From positions 419,285 through 483,284 of the forward strand of contig CAWCXU010000002.1 of the NCBI GenBank assembly GCA_963799625.1: a DNA stretch of 64,000 nucleotides, given 5' to 3'. The position numbers and the translations under genes are program-made. The notes beneath the pieces were generated by a model, which did no database searches, was not told the origin of the DNA, and was given only the letters and a program-made list of their open reading frames with translations. This document shows, piece by piece, positions 1 to 8,852 of the stretch. Numbering within the stretch: position 1 is the first letter of the stretch; the number at the start of each line of letters is the position of its first letter. This DNA comes from an uncultured Actinomycetes bacterium (GTDB taxonomy: Bacteria; Actinomycetota; UBA4738; HRBIN12).

Positions 1-899
1 AACGATCCATTGAACACCTCGTCCTGGCCCAGCGACTGGGCGATCTCGGAAGGCGCATCGATCACGTGGGCCGGCACGGCCGCGAAGATCGCCATCACGA
101 TGGCGATGCCTGCGACCACGACGCCTGCTCTCGCGCGCCACGTTCGAACGAAGGACAGACCGAGCGCAACGGCGGCACCGCTTCCGAGGGCGAACAGGGC
201 CGTGTTCGACTTCGTGTCGACGATCGCGATCAACACGGGCACGAGCACGATGAACTTCGTGAGTCGCCGGCGCGGGACGGGCGACGCCCAGATGACGAAC
301 ACGGACAGGACGAGGTAGCTCCCGGCCATGTTCGGGTCACGGAAGGTGCCGTAGAACCGGTGGAACTGATCGACGATCTCATAGCCGAACACTCGCGGGG
401 GGTGCGCGCCGGACGATCCCGAGGCGAGGATCGCGAGCGCGCTCACGCCGAGCGCCGCGGCCGTCCAGGCGACCGCCGCCCAACGGAGCCCGCGATCGCC
501 GACGATCACGAGCGCGTTCAGCATCACGAGGAACCAGGCGAACAGATAGACGTCGGTCATCACGGCGACCAGCGCCACCGACGGGGCGATCGATTGGCCG
601 ACGGCAAGCAGCCCTCCACCGACGATCAGCAGGTTGCTCCACGCGAGAGGGATGTGGAAGGGCTGTCGCGCGCGGAGCAGACACGCCGTGCCCATCACCA
701 ACAGCAGCACGGCCGGGATGTCGGCTGGCACGCTGTTGTTCGGCCCACGTGGCACGAGGATCGGCAGGAACACCACGTTGAGCACCAGCAGCCAACGCAG
801 GATCGGCTCCATCGGACCGCTCCGGACCCGTCGGAGCTCGCGCGAGCCCTCTTCCGAGCCCTGCGGGATCCCCGCCCGATCGGCAACCGCTCGACTCAT
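1..899 (-). CDS. O-antigen ligase/Wzy-like polysaccharide polymerase family membrane protein, 3' end cut by the window edge
   Basis: Manual minus-strand translation gives a continuous multi-pass membrane protein (…LLVLNVVFLPIL…AWFLVMLNALVIVGDRGLRW…FYGTFRDPNMAGSYLVLSVFVIWASPV…IVDTKSNTALFALGSGAAVALG…) typical of the Wzy_C/O-antigen ligase family. Its ATG at 899-897 overlaps the TGA of the upstream GT (ATGA). The ORF track does not list it because it runs off the window edge. An alternative start is MEPILRW at 812. Confidence 0.6.
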   Translation of the reverse strand, partial: MSRAVADRAGIPQGSEEGSRELRRVRSGPMEPILRWLLVLNVVFLPILVPRGPNNSVPADIPAVLLLVMGTACLLRARQPFHIPLAWSNLLIVGGGLLAVGQSIAPSVALVAVMTDVYLFAWFLVMLNALVIVGDRGLRWAAVAWTAAALGVSALAILASGSSGAHPPRVFGYEIVDQFHRFYGTFRDPNMAGSYLVLSVFVIWASPVPRRRLTKFIVLVPVLIAIVDTKSNTALFALGSGAAVALGLSFVRTWRARAGVVVAGIAIVMAIFAAVPAHVIDAPSEIAQSLGQDEVFNGS

Positions 900-2065
900 G
901 CGTCCCCACGTCCCGTCGCTGCTCGCGCCAGACTTCCCGGTACATCTCGATCGACGCGTCCACCATATGCCCGGTGGAATACTCGGCCCCGACGAGATCG
1001 GCGATCGCCGTGCCGAGCGACTTCAGCTCCTGCTCGGAGCGTCAGGAGCTCGACCACCTGGTCCGCCAGGTCGTCGGGCCGGCCCCCGGCCCCGACGAGA
1101 CGCCCGGTCTCGCCGTCACGGACGACCTCCGAGACACCGCTCACGTCGGTCGAGACCACGGGGACCCCGGCCGCTCCCGCCTCGAGCACCGTCCGGGGCA
1201 GCCCCTCCCATGCGGAGGCGAGCACCAGGAGGTCCATCGCGGCGTACGCCGTCTCGATGTCGTTGCGGAATCCGACCACGTGGATCCGGGGCTCATCCTC
1301 CGTCGACGCGACCGCCTCCTCGAAGGACGGTCCGTCGCCCACCATCAGGAACGACGCTTCCGGCATCGTGCGCACCAACCGCCTTGCCACCTCGAGCACG
1401 ACCTCGGGTCGCTTCTGCGGGAAGTGTCTTCCCACCCAGCCCGCGACCGGTCCGTCGGTCGAGATGCCGAACGAACGCCGGGCTTCCTCGCGGGAGGGAA
1501 GGTTGCGGAACCGGTCGACGTCGATGCCGCTCGGGATGATCGCGATCTGCTCCGGACGCGCGAGGCGGAGCGCGACGAGCTCATCCGCGGTCGCGTGGCT
1601 CACCGCCACGATCCGGTCGCTCGCACGGGCGGCGCGTCGCTCCGCGGCGAGCAGTATCCCGCGCTCGGTGCCCGACATGTCCGGGTTCACCGGCAGGCCG
1701 TGACTCGTATGCACGATCACGGGAACCTTCGCCCGCCTGGCCGCGATCCGTCCGATCACGCCGGCCTTCGATGAATGCGTATGCACCACGTCGAACCCGC
1801 CGTCGCGGATCAGACGGCCCACTTCGCGGTAGGCGCGCGCATCGTCGGCCGGCGAGACCTGACGGACGAGATGCGGCAGGTGCACGAGCGGTACGTCGTC
1901 CGCCTCGAGCCGCTCTTGCATAGGGCCTCCGAGCTGTGAGCCCACCGTGACGTCGAAGCCACGACGACGCATCCCCCCGGCAAGTCCAACGACCGTCTCC
2001 TGGGCGCCGCCACGCTCGAGATGCGTGATCAGCAGCAGGATCTTCGGCCGTTCGGCTGTGCTCAT
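896..2065 (-). CDS. Group 1 glycosyltransferase (GT4 family)
   Basis: ORF 896..2173 with a likely true start MSTAERPKILLLITHLERGGAQE at 2065. Its ATG overlaps the stop of the upstream sulfotransferase (ATGA). The GT4 fold is supported by the C-terminal E…VPVVSTDVSGVSEVV motif region. Confidence 0.85.
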   Translation of the reverse strand: MSTAERPKILLLITHLERGGAQETVVGLAGGMRRRGFDVTVGSQLGGPMQERLEADDVPLVHLPHLVRQVSPADDARAYREVGRLIRDGGFDVVHTHSSKAGVIGRIAARRAKVPVIVHTSHGLPVNPDMSGTERGILLAAERRAARASDRIVAVSHATADELVALRLARPEQIAIIPSGIDVDRFRNLPSREEARRSFGISTDGPVAGWVGRHFPQKRPEVVLEVARRLVRTMPEASFLMVGDGPSFEEAVASTEDEPRIHVVGFRNDIETAYAAMDLLVLASAWEGLPRTVLEAGAAGVPVVSTDVSGVSEVVRDGETGRLVGAGGRPDDLADQVVELLTLRAGAEVARHGDRRSRRGRVFHRAYGGRVDRDVPGSLARAATGRGDA

Positions 2066-3016
2066 GCCGTCACCCCGTCCTGCTGCATCAGCCGGTAGTG
2101 GTATCGCAGCAAGAGAGGCCATGTGAGGGCCGTCACGAGCCGCCGGTCCCCGAGTCCGAGTTTCGTTATCCACTCGACGTCCGGACGGATGGTGAGTGGC
2201 CCCGACTCGAACCGGATCGGGTTGCCGGACACCGTGTGGCTCGAAGTGGGCGGCGACGTCTTCCCCGACACGACGTCGGCGACCGAGGCGGCCGCCTCGT
2301 CCGGCAGGAGCGCCGTGAGCATACCGACCGGATCACAGACGAGATCCTCGTACCGGATGCGATCGTACCGATCAACCTTGCGGCGGACCGCTTCCATCGC
2401 GACGTTCATCGACGACCAATCGAAGCAACTCCGCCACGGCGAGAAGAGCGACATGTCTTGCTCTTGCCAGTGGATCTCGGGGCGAGCCTTCTTCCGCTGC
2501 CACGAATATGCCACGGCGCGGCTATCCCGCACGAGGTGGATCGCGTGGACGCTGACCCTCGGCAACCGGGTGAGCAAGGCGCAATCCGTTGCGTACTTGG
2601 ACGAGTCGACGATCACCTGTCCACCCGTCACACGATCCACCGAGTGCAGGACGCGCTGCAAGGCGTCCAGGTACTCGTGCCGCTGCCTCCGCGTATCGGC
2701 CGACTCCAGGCCGACCCCCGATCTGAGCACCGGCATGGGGCGGGCCACGTCTCGCCATTGGGAGAGGTAGTGCTCCGGATCGAGCTCGTCGATCGGACCC
2801 AGAGCGCCCTTCATGACGTCTCGCCAGAAGGGGCACGAGCGGAAGGGCCTGCCGCAACCACATAGCTGGTTCCCCTGCAGCCCTCGCAACCATAGGTATC
2901 GCAACTCACCCGCAGCGAAATACCCAGGCAACGCGCCCAGCAACAATGAGAGGAGCGTGCTGCCAGTGCGGCTCGCTCCCCCGATGAAGATCGACCTTGG
3001 TGTCGGTTGGGGACAT
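2062..3016 (-). CDS. Sulfotransferase family protein with an apparent +1 frameshift at codon 3
   Basis: ORF 2062..2946 (TTG start in the track) carries the 3'-PB-like region (VIVDSSKY…HLVRDSRAVAYSW) but lacks the PAPS 5'-PSB motif. Extending the same frame upstream gives …PRSIFIGGASRTGSTLLSLLLGALPGY… (the 5'-PSB motif) with no in-frame canonical start. An ATG at 3016-3014 lies one frame off (ATGTCCCCAACC). Removing one C from the CCCC run yields MSQPTPRSIFIGGASRTGSTLL…. Confidence 0.7.
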
Positions 3017-3269
3017 AGGTGCCTATCCGTGGGTCTTGGGGAGACGATACAATCACCCTCCGGTCCTACGCTAGGGTCCGTACGCCCTACCCGGGAAGGG
3101 ATAACGAGATGGTCGAAGTCGCTCGCCCACTCAACAAGTGAGAACAGAAACTTGAAGGCCTAGTTTGGGCCTCCGAGCAGCAGTACCAGTACGAGGCTAC
3201 CCGTTGGGTGGTGCGTTCAACCGAGCCCGGATTCGTCGATCTCGTCGATAGCCTATCTCCACGATCACC

Positions 3270-4071
3270 GTGCCGGCGGGGAGCTCGGAGAAGCCGTCGA
3301 TGCTATCGGCCGACTGCGGCGCGGCGAAGAGCCTGCCCGGCCACATGAAGGTCGAGTCCAAGCTGACGCTCTACTTCGGCACAACCGCGATCTACCGAGG
3401 GTTCTCCCAGCTCGAGATGGCCGGGCGATTGATCCGATTCATGCGGAGCAACGGTTGGCGCTTCAGGAACGACTTCATCCGACTCGACGGCGGCTCCGTC
3501 GTCGTGGACGGCGGCGCGGTGCTGCTCCTGGGAGGCGGCGATCATCGTGTGGCCGCCATAGCTGCCAGGCTGGTCGCGGGCGGCGCCTCGCTGCTCGGGG
3601 ATGACATTACGGTCTGGGAGCCGGTTGACCGGCTGCTGCACCCGCTCGGGATGCCGATCGCGTTGGACGCCGATCTGGCTCACGAGGCCTTCCCTGAGAG
3701 CGTGCCACCCCCCGGCCGGCGTGTTCGAGTCAGGAACGATCGGGCCGCCGTTCCACGCATCTGGCCAGTACCTCTTCGCCCAGAGGAACTCGGAGGAGAC
3801 CAGGCGACGGGAGCCTGCGGCGATCCGGCACGTCTTCGTGGTTGACATGGTCGACGACGCTCCCACCACACTCGAGACGCTCAGTCTCTCTGAGGCGGTC
3901 TTCGCCGCATCCGCGTCCGTGCGCAACATCGAGATCTGGGGCGAGCGAGCCATGATCGCGTTCCGCGAGCTGTACCAGCACGTCCCGTTCTCGAGGCTCG
4001 TGACGAGCTCCATGGACGAGGCAGCTGACGCTGTGCGGCATTCGCTCCCGCACATGGATGGTGTCGCGTGA
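3270..4071 (+). CDS. HprK-related kinase paralog with a degenerate Walker A, carrying an apparent frameshift near 3700-3730
   Basis: Frame-0 ORF 3270..3845 reads …SVVVDGGAVLLLGGGDHRVAAIAARLVAGGASLLGDDITVWEP…PLGMPIALDAD…, an HprK C-terminal kinase-domain-like layout with a degenerate P-loop. The coherent continuation lies in frame 1 (ORF 3601..4071: …LFAQRNSEETRRREPAAIRHVFVVDMVDD…RELYQHVPFSRL…). Its TGA overlaps the GTG of the next gene (GTGA). Confidence 0.55.
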
Positions 4072-4966
4072 CGCAGATCGGGGAAGAGATCCCCTTGCAG
4101 GTTCGGGAATCGGAGAACCCGGTCGTCGACCCCTACCGCGTCATGTCGCTGCCTGCGACGCTGCGACATGGCGACAACCGGCTGCTCGAGGCTCTCAGAT
4201 GGCACCTCCGGCCGTTCGAGATCGCCCATCGCGAGCGCGAGTCGTATGAACTGGAAATCATGGAGACGAGGAAGGAGACGGCCGGACTACCCATGGCGAC
4301 TCACCTACCTCCGAGGCACGGTCCCCATGGTCTCGGGGTCCCCCTGCCGCCGTACTCGACTACGCCCTGTGGGACATCCATTCTCTCGTGTACCAGCACT
4401 GCATGGACTTCCTATTCCTGCATGCCGGCGCGGTCGCCGGCGGCGGGCGCCGAGTGATCCTGCCCGCCGCGCCGGAAACAGGGAAGTCGACGTTGGTGGC
4501 ATCGCTGCTCCGCCTAGGGTGCGAGTACCTCTCCGACGAGCTAGCGCCGATCGACCCTGTGACGGCGGGCGTCTATCCGTTTCCCAAGCACATCGCCGTC
4601 GCCAGATCCGGTTTGGAGTACATCACCGGCGGACCTCCAGAACTCCCGGACGACTACCCTCCCCTAACCGCGCAGCTCTCCAACCGATACCTCCGGCCGG
4701 GCGACCTGAAAGCCGTAGTCGCCGGCTCGGGATCGGTCGACATGATCGTGTTCCCGACGGATGATCGGGAAGGGACTCCCACACTTCAGGCCCTCTCCTC
4801 CTCGGAAACGATCGCGCGCCTCCTCGAACACACGCTCAACGCGGAGCTGTACGGGGACCGGACCTTGACGATGCTGACCAGAGCGTCCAGGGCTGCAGAG
4901 TCGTTCGAACTTACAGGAGGCTCCTCAGAGCAGCGAGCCGAACTCTTGCGCCAGGAACTCTTCTGA
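4068..4966 (+). CDS. HprK-related kinase with an intact Walker A (GKST), carrying an apparent frameshift near 4300-4340
   Basis: Frame-2 part …PPAAVLDYALWDIHSLVYQHCMDFLFLHAGAVAGGGRRVILPAAPETGKSTLVASLLRLGCEYLSDELAPIDP… has the HprK C-domain P-loop GxxGxGKST followed by G..LSDE. The N-terminal 80 aa (MTQIGEEIPLQVRESENPVVDPY…) are in frame 0 (ORF 4068..4457). The frame switch falls in a GGGG/CCCCC run. Confidence 0.65.
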
Positions 4967-4969
4967 AAC

Positions 4970-5009
4970 GCGCAAGGCCCCCCGGTTGGGAGGGCCCTGC
5001 GTAAACTAA
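4970..5009. terminator. GC-rich hairpin between convergent genes, a putative intrinsic terminator without a T-tract
   Basis: cgcaaggccc-(12-nt loop)-gggccctgcg gives a 10-bp stem with one mismatch. It lies immediately after the HprK-related gene stop and at the 3' end of the convergent minus-strand small gene. Confidence 0.4.
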
Positions 5010-5393
5010 CTTCGACTGCCTAGCAGACGAACTCGACCTGACCGTGTCCGCTCGACGTGTAGCAATCGGGGTCGCAGTAGTCGTCGGACGAGCACGGGTT
5101 GCAGTCTCCCTGGCCCACCGGACATGCCGCGTTGCAGATGTCGCTCGCATGGACCACCAAGCGCCGAGCCCGCTTGCGTACAAGCTGGCTTGCACCCGAA
5201 CGCGTTGGTGTCAGTCGGGTCTGAGTGGCAGCAGTTTCCCTGGGGCGGCGGGCCCGAAGCTCCGGTGGACGCCCTCGCGGCGCCCGCGACGACCGTCTGG
5301 ATCGCCGGAGCAGCGAAGATGACCACGCCGCCAGTAGCGGCCGCGCGCTTGATGAAGGACCGGCGGTTCACGCCTTGGCCCTCGGTGTGCTCA
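5006..5393 (-). CDS. Small Tat-signal secreted Cys-rich protein of unknown function, with an apparent frameshift near 5130
   Basis: A GTG start at 5393 is preceded by AAGGAGGGGG. The protein begins MENTEHTEGQGVNRRSFIKRAAATGGVVIFAAPAIQTVVAGAARA, where RRSFIK is a twin-arginine motif. It continues …GNCCHSDPTDTNAFGCKPACTQAGSALGGPC. The +1 frame then reads …ASDICNAACPVGQGDCNPCSSDDYCDPDCYTSSGHGQVEFVC*. Together these give 12 or more Cys in about 90 mature residues. Confidence 0.55.
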
Positions 5394-5620
5394 GTGTTCT
5401 CCACCTGAACCCCCTCCTTCTCTTGTCTGGAGCCCAGGCTAGGGACCCGGCTCGGCCGCCGAATCGCCGTGCTGACGTATCTTCCGTGACGGCCCCGGGC
5501 GGAGCGGCACTCCTCAAACCCGCTGGTCAGGGGCACCGGACGGCGCCCAACTACGACGAACAGCGTACGTCGCGCCTCGCACCCTTCCTGCGGGATGCCC
5601 GCCTGGGATACGCTCCCACG

Positions 5621-6840
5621 ATGCCCCCCAGCTTCGTGCACCGCGCCCTGATCGACGCCGCGCGTGATGAGCTGGATCCATCTCGGGTCGAGGGGGCCAC
5701 CGAGGCCGAGCGTCACGAGCTCCTCATCCGGAGCCGGGACCATGCGGTGCAGGGGCTGGTCGCCCGTTCGGTCCGCCGGGCCGGGGACCTCGAACCCTGG
5801 GCGCTCCCGTTCGTCCAGGACGCGATCGGGATCCGAGAGTCGCATGCACAGCACGTCCGGACGCTCCGGACCGCCTCGTTCGCCCTCGAACGAGCACGAG
5901 GTGCCGGGGCTCCTCATGAAGGGCGCGTCGCTGGTCGATCGCTACTACCACGACGACTCCCTCCGGGCGTACGGCGACGTCGACATGCTCGTTCCCTCCC
6001 AACGGTTCGCCGACGCGTTGTCGATCCTGGAGGAGGCCGGGTTCTCGATCCTCGACCGCAACTGGCACATGCTCCGTGCGGGATATGCGAGGCCAGCTCC
6101 ACCTGCGCTCCCCCGACGGTCACGACATGCTGGAGCTGCACTGGCATCCGATCAATCCGAGCCGGGTCCGCCACACCCTTTCGGTGACCGCGAACGACCT
6201 TTGGTCCGGCGCGTCGCGAACCCGAGTCGCGGGGCGGACGTGTGGGTGCCGCACACGTCCCGCGAGCTGGCCCACCTCTGCCTGCACGCCGCGCTGCACG
6301 GTTGTGACCGCCTGATCTGGCTGGTCGACATCCACAAGGTCATGGACTCCCCCGATCTCGACCTGGACGACCTGCAACGCACCGCACGTCACTGGGGGTT
6401 CGGCGCGGGGACCTATCTCGTGCTCGCCTTGGTCGATCGGTGGCTCGGGCTCTCGCAGCCCCTACGGGATCTCTCGCAGGCTCCACCCGGGCCGCGCCAC
6501 CCTCGCCGCGTTCCACCGGCTGGTCGACCGGTGGGACCTCGGCCGGCCCGCTCGCGACGCGCGGTTCCGGCAGCTGCTCTTCGCGACCGCGGCCGACGGC
6601 GTGGGGCGCCGCGCCAGGCTGACCTGGTCACTCGTGGTGCCGCCGGACGTCAGCGATCCGGATGCGGGCAGGGAGCCACTCGGCCCGCTGCTTTCCAGGA
6701 TGACGATCGGCGCGGCGACCAGGGTCCGGCACAAGCTCGACGAGCATGCCGAGGACGATGCGGCACCCGAATTCCTTCGGCGAGGGGACCCTGCCGTCGG
6801 ACGCGTCCGGTATCTGGCGCGCGTCGCATCCGAACGATAA
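5621..6840 (+). pseudogene. Nucleotidyltransferase family protein (PF14907-like, uncharacterised NTase), disrupted by four or more frame switches
   Basis: Family-typical segments fall in different frames. MPPSFVHRALIDAARDELDPSRVEG…LRTASFALERARGAG is in frame 2. …LLMKGASLVDRYYHDDSLRAYGDVDMLVPSQRFADALSILEEAGFSILDRNWHML is in frame 0. GQLHLRSPDGHDMLELHWHPINPSRVRHTLSVTANDLWSGASRTRVAG is in frame 1. ADVWVPHTSRELAHLCLHAALHGCDRLIWLVDIHKV…LGLSQPLRDL is in frame 0. …ATLAAFHRLVDRWDLGRPARDARFRQLLFATAADG…RVRYLARVASER* is in frame 1. The switches sit in G/C runs (for example ggtgccggggctcc and gcggggcggacg). Confidence 0.7.
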
Positions 6841-6862
6841 GGCATCAGGTCACCGTGATCTG

Positions 6863-8515
6863 CTACGGAGCCGGTGGTAGCTCCCACCGGCTCTCGGCGC
6901 GCGCCGCCTCGTCGTGGTTGTCCGTGCCGTATGGGTCGAGGTCCAGGCTCACCGGCGCCCCTGCGCGCTTCCCGCTGCCGTAGCCCTGCATCCTGCGATA
7001 TCCGGTCAGCTTCCCCAGCTTGATCCCGTTCAGGACGATGCCAACGACATGGGCGTCGTGACGCTGCAGCAGGTCGACACAGTCCTCCATCTCGTCTTCC
7101 AAGGTGACGCCTTGCCGCACGACGACGATCGCCGCGTCGGCCTCTCCGGCGAGCACGATGGCATCCGCGGTGTGGAGCAACGGCGGCGTGTCGATCACGA
7201 CGACGTCGTAGTCGGTCTCCAGGCGCGCGATCGAGCCGATGATCAGGTCCTGTCGCCATCCCGTCTCCCCGGGCATCAGAAAGATCTCGTCGAATCCCAT
7301 CGGATCCGAACGCTTCCGCATCGGCGCCGACGCCCCCCCGGGCGCGGCGGCGGCCTCGAATGTCTTGCGGCGACGGCGCGGCACCGAGTCCGCAACGTCG
7401 GCATGGAACAGGGCCGTCCGCTGCGACGAGGCGGCGTACGACGACGCCAGGTTCGCCGCGATCGTCGACTTCCCCTCCCCGGTCGACGCGCTCACGATCG
7501 CGACCGTGCGGAGGTCGCCGTGATCGCCCAACCTCGACGCTTGCATCCGCAACTCGGCACGGAGCATCGAGATGGACTCGGCTCCCCACGCGGATCGACG
7601 CTGCACGAGCAGCGGTTGGTGTCGCACCGCCCGCGCGCGACCCACCTTGGGGATCGTCGCGAGGATCGGCAGGCCGAGCTCTTCGACCTGCTGACGCCCG
7701 AGGATCTTCGGTCGCACGACACCGAGGGTGAGCGCCAAGGCGATGCCGAGCAGCAAGCCGGCCATCGGGAACAGGAGGAGTCGCAGTGTCCCCGTCGGGA
7801 TCGGTTCCGACGCCGTGCTGAACGGCTTGCTGAGCAGGAGGTAGTTCGTCTCCGCCAGACTGTTCCCGAGCACGATGCTCTCGCGGAAGGCGACGTGCTG
7901 CTGGTACAGGCTGCTGACGGCCTGGTATTCCGTGGAGGTGACCTGCGTGGATGCGTGATTCGCCTGTTCTTGATCGAGCTCGTGGGACAGTTCGTCGAGA
8001 CGAGCCTGCAAGCTGGCGATGCGCGTGTCCACGCTGGCGAGCACCTGATCGACCCGCGTCTGATCTTGCTTGCGCCGATAGTCCACGTAGTTGGAGGCAT
8101 ACGCCGCGAGCTCGTCTGAGATCGCGGGGCTGTCGCCGGTGATCGAGAGGTTGATCACGGGCGCCCCGGGCTCGCCGTCCGCGGTGAGGTTGGTGAGCAG
8201 GGAGTCGCCACCGTCGGTCATCCCCAACTGTTGGGCGGTCGAAGCAGCGACGTCGACCGATACGGCGGCCTGCACCTCCGATGCAGGTACCGTGAGCGAC
8301 GAGGATGACGACACGCCCGTCTGGTCGAACTGCAACGGGCGGATCTCGATGGGCACCGTCGCCGTGTAGGTGCGGGTCGGGGCCCCGGGCCGCGTGACGA
8401 GCGCGAGGAGGAGGCCGCAGACCGTGAGGGCGAGGATCAACCACTTCCGATCCCAGATCATCCGGATGTAGTCGCCCGCGGGCGGTGACCCCTGCTGCTT
8501 CGCGTGTGTCGGCAC
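6863..8515 (-). CDS. Polysaccharide biosynthesis tyrosine autokinase (Wzz-like chain-length domain fused to a CpsD/CapB P-loop; Wzc-like BY-kinase)
   Basis: 550-aa ORF with an N-terminal TM and a periplasmic coiled-coil. A second TM is followed by Walker A SASTGEGKST, then VVVIDTPPLL and a Tyr-containing C-terminal tail (GYRRMQGYGSG…DLDPYGTD). Confidence 0.85.
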   Translation of the reverse strand: MPTHAKQQGSPPAGDYIRMIWDRKWLILALTVCGLLLALVTRPGAPTRTYTATVPIEIRPLQFDQTGVSSSSSLTVPASEVQAAVSVDVAASTAQQLGMTDGGDSLLTNLTADGEPGAPVINLSITGDSPAISDELAAYASNYVDYRRKQDQTRVDQVLASVDTRIASLQARLDELSHELDQEQANHASTQVTSTEYQAVSSLYQQHVAFRESIVLGNSLAETNYLLLSKPFSTASEPIPTGTLRLLLFPMAGLLLGIALALTLGVVRPKILGRQQVEELGLPILATIPKVGRARAVRHQPLLVQRRSAWGAESISMLRAELRMQASRLGDHGDLRTVAIVSASTGEGKSTIAANLASSYAASSQRTALFHADVADSVPRRRRKTFEAAAAPGGASAPMRKRSDPMGFDEIFLMPGETGWRQDLIIGSIARLETDYDVVVIDTPPLLHTADAIVLAGEADAAIVVVRQGVTLEDEMEDCVDLLQRHDAHVVGIVLNGIKLGKLTGYRRMQGYGSGKRAGAPVSLDLDPYGTDNHDEAARAESRWELPPAP

Positions 8516-8516
8516 G

Positions 8517-8852
8517 TCAGCGATCCTCTTCGCTCGCGTCCTCGATCAACCCGAGCGCTTCGAACTCTCCGACGAGGCTTCCGACCTGCTCCTGGACCTG
8601 ACCACGGTCGAGCTCGTATTCGTCCGCGATGTCACTGCTGATCTGTTCCACCGACCCCTCGCCGTCGCAGAGCTGCCACACCAGGGCCGCCGACGGATTG
8701 AGGTGGTGGACGAGACTCGAGCCCCTGTTGAACAGGACGAGTCCATCCTCCATGTCGAGGTCGAGCACATCGGCGCATTTCGTCGGGATGTACCCGCCTG
8801 AGATCTCGAGGGGATCGGAAGGCGCCGGGTCGAGGGGTACCTGTTCGTTCAT
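8517..8852 (-). CDS. PqqD-family protein (RRE-type peptide-binding chaperone domain)
   Basis: 111-aa product MNEQVPLDPAPSDPLEISGGYIPTKCADVLDLDMEDGLVLFNRGSSLVHHLNPSAALVWQLCDGEGSVEQISSDIADEYELD… matches the PqqD/RRE pattern (…lvL.n..sg.i..LN.sa..vW.l.dG..sv.ei…). Its ATG at 8852 overlaps the sugar-transferase stop (8849). Its stop abuts the BY-kinase start. Confidence 0.75.
   Translation of the reverse strand: MNEQVPLDPAPSDPLEISGGYIPTKCADVLDLDMEDGLVLFNRGSSLVHHLNPSAALVWQLCDGEGSVEQISSDIADEYELDRGQVQEQVGSLVGEFEALGLIEDASEEDR

Noticed and set aside
66-1703. 545-aa plus-strand ORF (Arg/Asp-rich)
   Set aside because: It is antisense to the coherent Wzy-like and GT4 genes. Its composition is a typical high-GC alternative-frame artefact with no recognisable motifs.
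3108-3140. 10-codon micro-ORF MVEVARPLNK in the intergenic region upstream of the kinase module, considered as a RiPP precursor
   Set aside because: It is too short. It has no Cys, Ser or Thr core or recognisable leader, and only a weak SD. I could not see anything supporting coding.
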